Origin: Raillietiella orientalis
Taxonomy: Eukaryota
DNA length: 64,000 nt
Direction: 5' to 3'
NCBI GenBank assembly: GCA_036172245.1
Contig: JAYWIR010000058.1
Location: 62,001-126,000, forward strand
In this document: in pieces, positions 14,601-29,600 of the stretch
Layout of the letters: the number at the start of each line of letters is the position of its first letter
How positions within the stretch are numbered: the stretch's first letter is position 1
The notes under the pieces: model-generated
What the model was told of the DNA's origin: nothing
What the model saw: only the letters and a program-made list of their open reading frames with translations
The model's database searches: none
Position numbers and translations under genes: made by a program

Positions 14601-17600
14601 ACCGCACGTTCCGTGTCCGAATCCTTGCCTGCGGCGCTTTGGACTCCGCATCATTCCGCGGCGCCTCGATCGAATTCATCAAGAAGGGGGACGGGGTAAT
14701 CGCGGGCAGCCGCAAGCCGCGGCAATCCCTTGGCCAGAAGCCAAAGGATTGCGACCATGCGAACTGACCTCGCTCTGAGAAAAGGGAACCGCATCCGCAT
14801 CCCTCGCCCTGAGAAATCCTTCTGGAAAAGCACGGCGTTCACGAAGGCGAGCAAAAAGTTCGTGCCTGTCTGCGTTCGAAATGGGAAAGAAGTGGAGTGG
14901 GTACGCGGCCAATGATCAGGTGATTCTCCGTCCATCGTCTTCACTGTCTGGCCGCGCCCTTCGTCTTCTCCTCCGCTCGAAGCCGCGGTCCCGAGAGCCT
15001 TTCTTCGCTTTCGTGCCAGCGGACGGCGTAACCTGCGCCTCCGGCAAGTTTCACGCACGACGCGGGCCGCAGGCCGCAGGCCGTGCGCGCATCCCCTTAC
15101 CCTCTCGAGAGCTCTGCCGATCGCCGTCGGCTCCGTGGGATCCCGAGAATGGCGCTCTTCTGCAAGAGCCGGAACTTTCCAGAATTTTCCAGCTTTCTTG
15201 TGGTAGCGAATTGCATGAGGCCATTGCAATGGCCAGGAGGAGGAGGGAGCTGGTTCTTTCCGCCTTCCACCATCTACACCTTCCTCCCATCTACTCTTGG
15301 TCCATCTTGTTGGTTCAAGCGTGGGATGATGCGAGATTGCTTTCAAAAAAAACAAAATTGGCTAAATTGGCTGGCGTGAATTTGGCGAAGTCCTGTTCGT
15401 TTTCTTCTTTGTTTGGAGGATGTCTCTCCCTATCAATGAGTTTAGTGATATTGGATGCTGGAGGCTCCTCATTTTGTCAAGATATAGCCGTGCAGCTCTC
15501 GCATGGCTTCTTTCTTTTGAAGCTCTCAGGAAGCCAGAGATCAACGGTTCGTTGACAAGGAGACTGAGAGATCTCTGCACTTGGCCTCTTTTCTCCTCCA
15601 ATCACCCTTTTAGAGAAGAATGCTTCAGGTGTGCTCTCGAAGGGGTATGCGATATGACGTCCAGGATTGCCATTGTTTAGCCTCTGAGTAAAACTAGATT
15701 CAGAAAGAGACGAGAGTCCGTTTCAGATAATTTTGAGACTGTCTCACAGCTTCCTGCAACTGCTATCTTCAGTCTGTGTCAAGGCGTCTTCCTCCGACCC
15801 ACTGGGATGCATGCCGCAAGCAGCGATTTAGCACAGGAGGCAGCACCTCATTCCACTCCTGACATCTGCGGCTGCAGCGTTTTTTAAGGTGTGCCGACCG
15901 GGAGGGCATACCATCAGTGCAGCCGGAGCATCCGCTGGACTCCTCCGAACGATTGGGCGTGGACCTGCTTAGACGACTCTCCAGAGAAAGTTCCAGACTC
16001 ATTCTGGAACCACGCAACCATGGAGCTCGAGCGAGCAGGCGATGGACCAAAGGACGGAAGGTGCCCGGTGCTGAGAGCGGAGTTTCGCATTCGCACCCCG
16101 TCCTACAGTCCTCCCCACCTCAACGAAGAGCACCTCCCTCTCCTCCGCTGCCAAACATCCTTGCGAGACCAGCTCTTCGCCGCCGAATCTCTTTCACCGG
16201 AGATGCTGCTGCTCGTCTGGATGAATACCTGGCGTGTGCGCGTTTTCGAACCTCCCGGGAGCAGTTGCCAAAAAGCCCTGCCTCCCGGACGCGCGTGCGC
16301 CTACCGACTGTGAAGCGGTGCCGATTGGAATCCCGAAAATCAGAATCCCGAGGGATTTTGAAAATAAATGCACATCCTACTACATGTTAATACATAAAAA
16401 TTTGTACGTAGATTAGTGCATAGTTTAACGTATATCATGAATATTATAAAAATAAATACATATGTTCTCATTATGTACATTCATATACATGTTTGTGCAT
16501 AGATTATACAAATTTATCTTAACATAAACATTGATATTTAGTATATTCATTGATATTATTATTTTTTATTAACATACATGCTTATTTATATTTAGTAACA
16601 TATATATTAGTAGTAGTGTTATTTTAACATATGTATTTTTAATATATATTAACACGCATACTATTATTGTAATTATAATTACATTTTTATCATATATATT
16701 TATAGATAGGTTGATATACGGATCTATTTTAATATGCATATTTATTGACATAATTAATATGCATATATGTATATTATTAGTTCATATCATAAAGATTATA
16801 AAATATATATATATATCTTTATTATATGTATTAATGTATATTTAACACACATAATGAATACAGATGACATGAATGTACAAATATCGAATTATAAGCAGAT
16901 ATATAACAACCACAATTCCTCAAATGGAATTCATTTCCCGGGAATTCATTTATTGAGTGGAGAAAATGATAAGAAAAGCAAATGCAAAATTCCTTTTTTG
17001 CTGTTTTTAATTTGTTTGCTTTTCTATTTTTTCTCCACGTTTATTTAATTGTCGCCACTGTTTTTTATTTTTTGAAAATTAGAAATTTATAAATTCATTT
17101 AATATGTATTCATTATGTAGATTAACGCTCATGATACACACAATAAACATGCATGTTTATTTTTTATAATCTTCACAATATATTCGAAATACATCCATGT
17201 ATAGATAAATTTATTAGTATGTACATTAAGCATACGTATTTATTTTAAAGATCGTTCGGGGTTTTGAACCAAACCCACCGTGAAGAACCTGACGTTTGAA
17301 CCCAGGTTTGGAGGGAGAACCGGTCGCTTCACATCCTAGGAAACGTCTTCTCTAATGAACGACCCCAGGCTCGGCCAATTTGCTCGCCATCGGCGGTGCT
17401 TCACATGTGTGCTCTTCAGCTGCCCCAGGAACAGGTCGAAGGGAGTTACAAGAAGCGCGTTCTGGAATCACCTGGGGAGATTCGGAACCGGAGATTTGCG
17501 GTCGTCTTTCTTTGGCCGAACGCCCAAGAAATGCATCCCAGCTCGCGGCCGCAGCATCACTGGTCGTCTGTTTCCTCAGACCAAGCCAACTCACCAGAGA

Positions 17601-20600
17601 GGATGTCTCTGCATTAGGTATGCACTAGGTGATCTCTAGAGCGTTCTCGATCATGCTTTTCTCTCTGGAACACGCTCCTCAGGCGAATCGGCTTTCAAGT
17701 GGCCGTTGGTAGATCTCAGCAAGGGCAGTCTGGATGGACCTCTAAGCAACAGGCGCGCTGCTGCCTTTATGCCGTGCTCCGCTGACGTTCGCAAGAGCCT
17801 TCCTCTCCACGACCCTATCAGTGGTTCACTCCGCTCTGGACGACGGCCGATGATTTTCATAGGATTATTGAGGTGTCGCAGCCAGCACGGGCACTCAGCG
17901 TCTCGAAAAGCGACAAGCAGTTGGCGGTAACTGAAGACGCATTCGTTTTCCAAGGCATGCAGGAAGAAGGAAGAAAAAGATCGATTTGAAGTGGAGATTT
18001 GACTGTCTTTCATCTTTCGTCTTTTCAGAAAAAGAGGGTCTTCGGAATCCATGTCAGAAGACGACGAGGAGCACCTCTTCGTCTTCGTTTGGGGATACAA
18101 ATGCATGTAACACACACGCGTGTGCGTGCGGGCGGGCGCGCACGATGCACACAAACATCCTTTGCTCCACTGGATATCGAAGATTTTGATCAAAGACAAC
18201 AAGGCTGCTGCTGGCATGGATTCTGAGCCTTTTTGCGTCTAGCAAGAAGTCACCACAGCTGAACGCTGTCGTTCGGTATAAACAACCCACACGCTAACGC
18301 CCTTCATCTAGAAGTTCTCGTGCCAGGAAGAGGATGGATGTAGATTTCTGGTCGGCCCTGCGATAGGAACATTGGACGCGTCCTGGGCTCCTGCCCTTCC
18401 AACATCGAGAGAGCTCGTTGGTTTGCCACGAGCCACCTTGCCGTACCGATGTTTTCCGCGCCTTCTTTCCATCCCACGCGTGACGCAGGTGGTCTGTTCC
18501 GGAGAAGGGAGTGCGCCTCCAAGTAAAACCGCTCTGCCACTGACCGCGTCTTTTCAGATCATAGCTTTCCCCCCGGGTCGTTTTCTTTATTTAGCTTTTC
18601 GGTTTTGTATTCCCTTCTGATTATTTCTCAGGGCGCCTTCTGGCAGAAACCTGCCTGACGAGTCCGTAACCTTTTGGGGCTTTTCGAACTGCACAGCACG
18701 CGACCGTCTTTCACGTCTTGTTCATCGGACATCGACTGCAAAGATCATTTGCAAATGCTTGCGGCATTACATGCAAAAGGAGTTTACTGTATGAAAAGAC
18801 CAAGCAGCAACCTCACGGGGGGGAGATCATCACGGTGCCTCAAGGATGATGGCAATCTTGATTCATTTTTTCCACTTCCCTATTTTTTGTGTGTTTCGCC
18901 AAGTGCCCAACAACTGTTGCCTCACCTCCTAGGGGCATCGACAATGCCGCCACGGGAGGGAGCTCACGAAACTCTTGCAATCTCTTGCACCGAGGTGCGC
19001 GTGAAGCGGCGTGTGGTGATCCTCAAGGATACACTCTCGACTCCTGGCTGCCGGTCATTGGGACGTCCGGTATCGACAGGAGGCGCGCGCGTCCGCGGTC
19101 GGACGCGCGCGCCTCCTGCCGATGCCCACCCGTAGCCTGGAGTCGTATCACGCGAGGTCACCATGAGAGGGGATTCCGGAAGCACCACGTGCCACCCAAC
19201 TCGGCATCGATCCTTCAGGGGATGGTTCCAATTCGCGACGCGAAATGCTTCGCGAGCGTGCACTGTCAATCGCGCATTTCGCGATCTACCGTTAATGCTC
19301 TGGAAGGAGGACAACGGTTTTCACAGATCATCGGCCTGCAAGAGGCTATCATCTGGAAGCAGGATGCCGCAGCCAAAAGGAGCAACTGATCGTCCGTAGT
19401 GAATCACATCGCTTAACTCACAGAATAAACCCATAAAAACTCTTGGTCGGGAGCACCGCAATCGTAACTTTCCTGCTTTAGTGGGTTCTCTCTGGATGCA
19501 ACAGGGAGCGATCGCATCGTTCCGATGTGAGAAGGTTCAAATTGAGCTACCTGGAACAAGTGCTGTCCTCTTCTGTGATCAGCGAGTATATTAGGTACAA
19601 CTGAAGCTTAGAGATCAGCCACGAATCAGACGTGGAATCCGGATGATTCAGCTGCCACAGCCTCTGCGATGTCAGTCCTGAGAATGAGGAAAAGCGAAGT
19701 GGCTGTGTTCATCGCATTTCTGCGTCATCTCTCATTAATGGCAGTCTCCCTACTGCGCGCAGACAGCAAGGGTTAAGACGGAACGAAACGGTGCTTCTGA
19801 ATACTGAATGCATCGTTATACGGTCAGGCTCTCAGATTAAGCTGGCAACCCATCCAGCGTTGGTGAACTGATCGGATGAACGAGCGGAAAGAGGAAGGCA
19901 TTCTCTTCGCTTTTCTGTCCTCCCTTTCGGATTGCAAGTCGCATCCTTTGCATGAGTTTGGTACTATCAAACAGATGCAGAGGACTGAACCAGAAAATCT
20001 TCACGTGGAAATCTCGCATTGGTTTGGTGTGTTCTGTGAGCAAATCGTGAATGTGCTTCTCAGATAGCATCACGTTTATAAGGTAAATTGAAGTCAAAGA
20101 GTACACATCCCTTGTGCAGTATGCACATCACATACCAATTACTCAAGTAATTTCGAAAATGTGCAACTCTGTGGATGCGTATGAGCCTGATTTCGTCACC
20201 AGCTGTGATACCAAGGAGATTCCATGACATTATACGTTCATTCTTGGTTTGATAATTGAAAGCAGCCTCCACAAGTCCAAATGTGTCCAACGCTATTATA
20301 TTTCTGTCGCACTGTGTATGGGGGACTTTGTGAACGCACATTTACTCATGTTCTCACGCAAATCTGCTTATATTTCTGTGGATGAACAATTTACAGATAT
20401 TTGAACATGTGATCTGTTGTATTCTCGAAAATGAATAGAACCGAATGTTAATCCTGCAATGTATCTGCAATGAATTAAAATTGGGTGATGGGACGGATGG
20501 ATCTGATAAGAAATCCATTTTTAACGGCCACTTTTATCTTTTCAAGAAGGGAAGCAGGATGTGTTTTAGCGTGGAAGCATTCCATGTACATAAGCAAGTA

Positions 20601-23600
20601 TTCGATTAGCGTAATCCTGCTGTATTGAATGATACGCAATGCAAAAGAAACCAGCTTTCCAGCTGACCGCTGGGACATTAAAGTAACAAAATGCTCACTA
20701 TAGCGATAAAAGTCTTTTCGTTTTGCCTATGGTGTTGGGAGCTAAGGATACGTATACAGATCTGTGTTGTGTATACACATATATATAATATACATAATCA
20801 CTTACTTAGACTTCCAAAACGAATCTGAAAGTTTTCCCAGAACAAGAAAAGTCTGTCATTCAGCAGGCCTTCATGTAAAGCAGGATTTCTTGATAATTCA
20901 GTTTTCGTACGAAATCTTCCCATCCCCACGACCAGCACGTCTCTGGAGGCTTCTAATACTGATTAGAGTATTATACAACTTACTCTTCTTCATAAACGCT
21001 ATTCCTCAGGAGTAGGTTAGGAAGATTCAGTTCAAAATTCATTCTAAGTTTGGGAAACAGGACTTCAGAGATCTGTTTACTGCAATTTATGAGTCCGTAA
21101 CTGGAATTCTTGGTGCAGGTATTTGCACTTTTGTTCTTCCAAAATGCAGACATGGAAGCCAGGCAGCTCTATTTGAGAATGAAAAGAAAGAAAGAAAAAA
21201 CAGGAAAGCTGGCAAATCTTTATATACAGCGCCACACGTATATTGAATTTCATTTAAGCTTCCATCCCATCTGTGGCAATCAGAGGTTTAAAACTTATCT
21301 TATTCATATGCTGGATTATACATTCCGCGTTATACGAGCCCTGTGGGTTATTCTTGGATAAAACGATAGCTTTCATGGAATATATAGGAATGTATCTTGA
21401 GCACTATAACAGCTGGATATTCACTGCCCCGCTTCAAAGCAAAAATATTAAAAATGCGTATTCCTTATTTTACTTGGAGGAGAGAAAGGCTTTTAGAGTC
21501 TCGTTGGTATTGAATCAGTTTAAACGACAGTTTCAGCTCTGTCATTCTCGTTGTTGAAAGTGCTCTTTCTTGCGCTGCTTTATTCACGAAAGTTTGAATG
21601 AAATGCAATTAAACCTACTTAAATCAGGTGTTAGTGTTCTTTTTAAAAACAACTGCACAGACACAGGGCATGTAGAGATGTAGTATAAAATTGAAATTTG
21701 TCGGCAAAGTCATGCAGAGCAAATTAACCGCGTTATACGAGGGCTATCTCCATTTTTTCGTCTCTCTTTGCAGAGGTTTCCTGTGTTTCGTTTCTCCGGC
21801 AGATGGCAGCACTTGATACTGCTAGACAATACTAAAAGATCCAAAAGAATCCCCATACAAAACGTGTTGAGTTCTCGCCGGAAAACCAAGGAATTAGCCT
21901 AGGAACCTTTGCACGCACATTGCCTTTGCCCCGAATAATTCCAATTGACTCTTCCAGAAAGGACAGAGGTGTGCTGTTGGGGACCACGACGGCCACTTTA
22001 TCGGAGACGACAAGCAGGAGATGACTCAACACAGCATCCGACGCTACAGAGCATCTCACCTGAAGTATGCTGAGAGAATTGCTATCCTTTTTAACATCTC
22101 CCTCTCTTTCTGACTTCCCTTGCCCTCACTGATCAGAACGAGGCTGGTCCTCACGCCAGCACGTCCGTCTCTGAAAGCTCAAACTGATTCCAGCCGTGTC
22201 ATCCTGCACTGTCCTTAAAGAGTTTTCACGAGCTCATGAAGCGTTCAGGAAGGGCACGCGTGGTGGGGAGCTGCCGCAGTGGCCTCGGGAGGTCTAACGC
22301 GATCCTGAATGCACACTCAGAAAAGTCTGGCCGGAGAAAGGTCTCGTTCTGTCCACGGGATTAGTAGTCTGGGATGGATAGAAGGAGATGCTGAGGGAGG
22401 CTACCGTCTCCCCTTTTACCTTTGAAAAAAAAACAAAAAAAAGGGGAGAGGGGAACAAACTGGAAGAGATGCTACAGGAGTCACATCCTTCCAGTCTTCC
22501 TGCATGAGAGGTGAGGAAAGCCAGGATCCTGGAGGGGATCCCGGACACTATTAAAATGAAAAACAGCGCTGAGGATGGAGGTCACAGTATACGAGGCACC
22601 CTACGATGTATGCCCACTATTTGGACAAAAAGATGACCATCTTCGCCCTTTTTTGGACTATCCTTCTCCTCTTCTCTTTCTTCCCCAATTTCAGCATCCT
22701 CCTTCGGGAAACACTAAACGAGAGTGAATCAAGTCATCCCATGTGAGTGCTCGGGCCTCACAACTGCATTGAATGCACTGCTGACTTCACAGGAAATGCT
22801 GCAGCTGACCATGAACCCTCTGACCCCAGCCCTACTTCTGTCAACCCAGAAATCCCACGCCAACCACACGAGTAAATCGTACATGCCAGAGATGATAGAG
22901 ATCGAAAGACCGTGCAAATCGGCTGTGGGCAACCTTCGTGCCCATATTTCTCTCCACAGGCGGCAAGTTCGCACAAGTTCACAAGCACCGCGAATTGGGA
23001 CGCTTGCAAACCGCACCAGCAGTTTGCAACTTCGATCCCTTGAGTCATTCCCATCCGCCAACATTGATCGCAAAAGATTTGAAGTTCACGCCATTCTAAT
23101 CCTTTTTGGAACTTCGCTTCTAGAAGATTCGTCAAGGTGGTAGACAGAGTTTTGCTTGTCCCAACATCAGCCCGCTCAAGTGCGGAAGAGGAATGAAGTT
23201 TCTGCTCGCAGCTCATTAAGAGGGTGTGCTCTGCTAATGTGCTGCGCGCGAATCCTTTCATGCCCATCATGTCGTTAGCCCGTCAAGAGTTGTGGAAATC
23301 GAAATAGGCGACACGGATGGGGCCAATCTTAAGCGCTAGTTTCGATCACCTGCAGATCCATTTGCACGTGCATGTATTTATTTGTGAATGTGTGCCTTTA
23401 TAAGCCCATTACAAATTCATTATTTTTGGATTCGGTTCTTGCTCACCATGTGATGCTTTTGCTAAAGAGAGTTAGTACAGTCTGAGACAAACGCCGTTTT
23501 AAAAGTAATCGATACACCCGCAAGCATGTACTGCAAAGCAAATACAATTCTCCTGAACGTTAACTCTTTAATGTAATCGTTCGCGCGAAAGGGTGATCAC

Positions 23601-26600
23601 CTGACCCTCGAGCTCATTCTTTGTTGATTTTCTTCATTCTTCCTGACGGGCGCCTCTTCGATGGCGCGACGGCGCTCATTCCTGCAAAGCTGGACACCTT
23701 CCATCCCATCGGCGAGCAGCGTTTCCATCCCAGCGCGGCGCAGGCTGCCGATGACTACTGGATGTCTTTCTAACCGCTCGCTTCGGTAGCCTCATCACAC
23801 CACTGACCTCAGCATTGGAGTCATCCTACTCTCGCAGTTTGCAGAACACATAAACAAGCCAGCCTTTCTAAGACCTAAATGAACCCAATGACCCCAATGA
23901 GTGAACTCCGCACACACCAAGGAAGACTTGTTTGAAATCATGCTGGAGACAACACCGACAAAGAATAACATATGAAAGAAGCATGACACTCTGAGAACTT
24001 CCTGCAACAAGATCAACGAATATTGACTGTAAATCCAATACGTGAGGGAACGAAGCCCAAGAACTTCTCTTAAACTTTGAGTTCCACTCATGACCTTCAT
24101 GACGTGGCACTGGGAAAACCGCAAAGGAGCGCACAAGCTTTTAGGAACGGACGGTCGGGAGTCCTGGCAGATACAGCACTGCTGAATCCGAGGTTCATCT
24201 GCGATTCGCTCATCATGTCAACCGAAACCATGCTGACGGCTTATTTCGAAGATCGATTCGAGAAGGACGTAGTCTTCTCTTCACGTCGACTGCGTCCATC
24301 ATGGGATTCAACAGAGATTTGCAGAATCCCAAAGCACCCTCGAGAGAACAGGGGTGATTCGACTCTCTGCATAGGTTATCTCTGTGTAATTATCTCTTAA
24401 AGGGTCTCGAAGATCCCTTTGTAAGTCGCTTTCGCGGCCGCAGAGCACCACATGAACGCGCGCGGGTCGTTATGGAAAGGACAGAACTAGATATCTTGCG
24501 GGCTCACTTTGTCCAGCAAAATAAACAGGGTTTCCAGATGCATGTTGACGTTGTAGTCGCTCTCCCTCAGGTCGGACAGAAAATCAACCGAGAACACACT
24601 CTGACGGAGATCTGGAAAAAGAATGGGCATTGCAAAACCCTCTGCAGTCGCTCCTGCTTCCTCCGTACCACACTGTTTTTCCCTCCACACTACAGGCACC
24701 AGCTTGTCTTCAGACCCGGAGGCCAACAGGACAAAATCTTCTATCCTCAGTGAGAACTTTTGAAAATCCATGGGGAGCGAGAACGCCGTGCTGGCCAACA
24801 CGTTGTTGACCATGAGAACAGCTAGTTCCTTGTAAGACGTGGTGCAGCTTAAAACGAAGTGTTCCACAGTCATGTTGCCCTTGACATCTGCGCAGAGCGT
24901 GCTGAAAACTGCCTCTCCCGAACGAATGGTATCACTTACTGAAGGTTTCTTTTCCTATCGTCGCACCATCAGACAGGCACAGGATCTTTCTTAGGACGGA
25001 GGTCTCCTCTAAGGACCAGGTGCTGAGGATGCTGCTAGGTTTGTGCATCAGGCTTATCTGCAACACTTTGTCAACAGATCTCGTCAGCTTCGAAATCGGG
25101 AAAAGGAAGTTCAGCGGCCCAGCATGCTGCAGTGATTCCACAGTCAGTATTTCAACCAAGTCCGGTTCTTCACTTGCAATCTAAAAAAGAAAGAGAAACT
25201 TTCAGACCTGATTGTAGAATAGGGTGTGCAGCAGCAGCACTAAAAGATGACTATAACATATGAACAGTCTTCTGAGCACTCACTGAGCAGTGTGTGCTTG
25301 AGAGACGCTTTCAGCACTGTCCAGAAGTTCTAAAGCTAAAGTTTGTTTCTCTCGAGCGGGGCGATGGCGCCTACATGGCTCCTTCTTTCCCCATCCCAAG
25401 GATTTGTTGATTTTCAAAAACTGATTTTCCAGGATACGGTTTTCCAACAGTTTTGTGTCGTCTCCAGACCTTTCAAGGATTTATTTGAGACTTCTGAAGA
25501 TCTGTTTCGATATCTCTGTGAAGCATTCAGAGGATGTTTCCAGGAAAGCCGATTGCTTGGATGTGTTTGAACATCTAAGGAAAGCCCTTTTCTGGAAGCA
25601 GTTATCTCGCTTTTGGAGGCTCCGCTCTTTCTGGTTGCCCACTGCATCGAATGACCTCCATTATTGTGTTCACCTCTGAGGACAGTTCGAAAAGTAGGAA
25701 CTGCATTAGATCAGAGAAAACACAGTCGAAGTTTTGAAGTGAAACTGGCCAGTGGGAGTTACAACAGTGTATTAGCTGCAACAATAGGTGTTATTTCTCT
25801 GCCGCATTCGAATATAGGCCAACAAGCGTCATCTTGCAGGAGTGATTAAAAGCAAAGTAGAGAGCCATGGCAACGGTCGAGGCGAAGAGTGGGTCTGTGG
25901 CTCCTGACAAGGCTAGGACTTCAGGTTGTCTAGTGATCCGGACTCGGTCCGGTGGGCGGTACCCGCGGAGCTCCTGGTAAGGCCACCACCGTAGCACTGA
26001 GGCAGAGACCGGAGGTACCTGGTAGCGCCCTCCAGAGGGTCCACACCGCCTCAGGCCGCCTGTCCTGGATCCGGGTGACCATGTCGGCGGGAAGGAGAAC
26101 GCGTGGGGACGTCGGGCACTCGGCGGTCCCAGATGATTTTTATCTGGGCATTCCAAGGGCGCTGGACGTCATGGCGTTCATGCCCTTGGTGCAGAGACGG
26201 GACAGGTACCGAGGTAGTCGGGAAACGCCGGCTTCGTCGTGGGCTCACACGTAATACACTCATAGCACGTCCCCCTCCCCTCGCAAGTCCTGAAAATACC
26301 AGTAGCGATCCCAGGAGGAAATCGTCACTATTCCTAGGATGATGGAGATTTTGTTTTTTTTTTTGTCTTCGCTGTTCCAGCCTTTTCTTTCAGGTTTTCC
26401 ATTTTTTTGGTTTGTTTTAATTTTTTTGGTTGGCCAAGTACCTCAAGAATCAAGAACCGTTGGCGTGCCTTTAACGCTGTTCCACGCCACCCAAGGAAGC
26501 ATGTAAATTCTTCAAGGTAGGGAAGATCCGAATATAGGATACTATCACCGAATATAGGATCCGAAACAAAGGATAATATCTCTCGTAATTATCTCTCTCG

Positions 26601-29600
26601 GGATAGTATCCCGAGAGAGGACCAGCTATGAATCCAGGAAGAACTCTGGAGAAGGGAGTGCGCCTGAGGAGGGATCCCCGACCCTCCACCCTGGTTGTCC
26701 TGGTTGTCTCCGAAGAGAACCAAATAAAATCTCCTTCCTTATTCTCTCCGGAGGGATCCCCAAAGGTAGCATGCTCCATTTTTCTTCGTTCCTGTTTACT
26801 CCTCTGAAGAGAACACGAAGGGACACTTCCGAAATTTCGAAATTTCTCAGGAGGGCATCCCGAAGGAGCGGAATGCTTCTTTGCAGTCTGGAGAGGTATC
26901 ATCAATCCACCAAGCTCCATGGAACGAGACGAAGGATCCCCCCCGAAGAGGGAGATCCGCTCCTTTGCTCAACTGGAGCGGAACCCTGAAAGGAACCGGA
27001 CTTCTTGATTCAGTTTCCTGGGAGGACTCCAGAGGATCGATTCCCAGCCCCAACCCCGGCCACTCATCGGGGGGCATCCGGATTAATCTGGTTTTAACCT
27101 CTACTGGTTCCGCACCTGAATGAATATAAGCCAGCGTCATCTTGCAGGAGGAACTGTCAAACCCACGTCGAACCCACGACGCGTCCATCGCTCGGAGTCG
27201 ATTCTTTCAGAGTGTTGGAACGATTCTTTCAGAGTGTTGGAACCCGCGACACCTGGTGCCACGCGCGGAGACCGCAACCACGTGACCTCCGATGAGAGTC
27301 CTAGCTGCTGTAAGTGTAATTTCGTACATCTAACTGTCGAAAATGTCGGGTCCCATGTGAGGAAGTCCTTCGGCAATTTATTAAACATTTTCTCCGTGGC
27401 AGCTCGTGAAGACAGACCCAGTTTTCTAGATCACGTCAGAGTGCTTGATAACTCTCAAAGTCATTCCTGATCTTACTATCCAATCATACCAGACTGGTTT
27501 AATTTTGTAAAGTGCTTTTTTATAGCTGCCTTTGAGTACCACGGCAGTTTTTTAATGGAGGCAGTTCGTGATTTAAAGCAAAGTGGAACCATTTGTCAGA
27601 AACTTTTTATGGGTGTGGTGATTGCTGTTTCATAATACTGATCTTCAAAACGAGAGATTTTGAGCTGTTTCATTATGATTTTATGCGGAATAGACGAACT
27701 TCTGAACGAATTGCTATTATTCGGCCTCAATGTGACTCTTTGGGCCATCTTCTCATCAAAACTTCCTCCCTAATTTGAAAATTTCCTGTAACGGGATTAA
27801 CTCCTGTAACTTTAGATCTAAAATTAATCCTGATTCTCTCAGGAGTTCGACCTCACATCGTTTTGAACAGCGTCTCGTCATCATTGCTGTTTGCACATTG
27901 GAGCATCGCCAAGTTTCATGCATATTAATGATCGCTCGATTTACACGCTCGTTTTTACTCCCTAATATTTTCCCTAATGATTGCAGATCTAGCGATCCTT
28001 CACAATTTCCCCAAACAATCGTAATTCCTCTGGTAAATTTTCCTATGCTGTCTCCATTTCCAATGCATAATCTAATTAAACTGCAAGGTGGTGATCAAAA
28101 TGTTCCTATTTGAATTTCGGAGTTGTCTGGAATGTACGGACAGCAGTGTATGGACCAAAAGATTGTGCTTTTGATGGATTTTACGGAGCAACCATCACTT
28201 GGCAAGTCTACTGTGAAACACTTTCCAAACTTCAGAGTGCCATTCAGAACCGACGATGTGTGGAATGCTGAGATCGGGAATTGTTCTCCTTCACGACAAC
28301 GTGCGCCCACACACTGCTATCCGCGCATTCCCGACGATTCAAAAATTCAAATGGGAACTTTCTAATATCAACCATTTTACAGTCCTGCCCAGGGTTTCTG
28401 CTCCTCAAGAAGTGGCTTGCATCTCAACGATTCGAGGAAAGTGAGGAGTTGAAAGCTGCAGTTCTGAACCGGCTGAACACCCAGGAGGCGGAATTTTATG
28501 CGGAGGGTTTAAAAAGCTTGTTCCCTGGTATCAAAAGTGTTTGGAAAAAAAAATGGTAACTACTTAGAAAAATGACATGAGGATGTATGTGTTTAGAACC
28601 ACCAATACATTTTTGTTTCTCTTATTTGTTCTTTCTTTACATTCGATGGGCCTTTACTTTTCAGGTGCGCCTCGTAAGATTTGTACCTACAAGTACCTTC
28701 CAGAGCATCAATCATACATTCAGAAACCTCAGAAGTTCTGACAACGATTCGTGTGGTGGTAATTTCAGCTTGGATTCGATGCAACGATCTCAACGTAAAA
28801 AAGATCACTTACCTCAAGCTTGGCTTCCTCTCTAGCTAAGAAGATACTCATAATGTCCAACTGGTTTTCTTTGCTCTGCATAAGATCATCTGAGTTGAAC
28901 TGATGAGGGGATTTGTATTTTTCCTTGCAAAGACTTTTATATTCACGGTAACCATTTCTGTTAAACTTTCCAGTTAAAAGGACAAGAAGTTATTTACAAC
29001 CTGTGCACTTTTATTCTTTTCCATTGGTAGGGTCTGATCCTTTCCTCCAGGATGCATTTCAGGGCGCACTTCCATGTGTCCTTCCAAAAACCTCGACATT
29101 GTCGAGAGTCGAAGTATTTTTTGAATTTTCTGAAAGAGCTTCAGAACCATTCTGGAACTTGCATTCTTTACCCATATTTTCGGATATTTTCCAATAACAA
29201 ATTTGTTCTTATGAGATTATCGTACTGATCTTTGGATACAGAGATTTCCATGTTCGGCATGACAACATCAACCAAGATGTTTTGGGTTTGCGATGATATT
29301 TTTTCCGGGTTGAGGATTATCTTTATTCTTATGGACAGAGGTCTGAGGACTGAAAGGGACATGAAAGTCATCTTGCAACTCAGCATTACCGAATTCTAGC
29401 GGAGTGTTGAGGACGGTGAATTTGTGAACTCCAGTTTTCATCTGAGAGGACCAGGTTTCTACATCTTTTTGGAGATGCTTTCTCAAGAGATCATTTTGCG
29501 AACAGCTGTTGCAGTAAACGTAGAACGCGTCTATGCGTATTAATTTAAAGGATTTCAATGATTTCGCGCTGTGACTGTTCTTCTTCCATTTCCTAAAGCG

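Noticed and set aside
14045..14767. 240-aa ORF present twice (also 61818-62540) as a conserved novel gene
   Set aside because: Identity results from the DNA duplication (all frames are identical); the content is a decayed retroelement.
21325..21746. CCGCGTTATACGAG at ~21325 and ~21728 as the TIRs of one element
   Set aside because: The two copies are in direct, not inverted, orientation; at most pogo/mariner-like end remnants.
21832..22059. Exon-like ORF as a VPS13 exon
   Set aside because: No clear donor or homology; the exon ending at 24508 joins the exon starting at 21168 in phase without it.
27500..28070. Possible LINE ORF1 relic on the minus strand (IFKLGRKF)
   Set aside because: A single weak motif; not enough to call.
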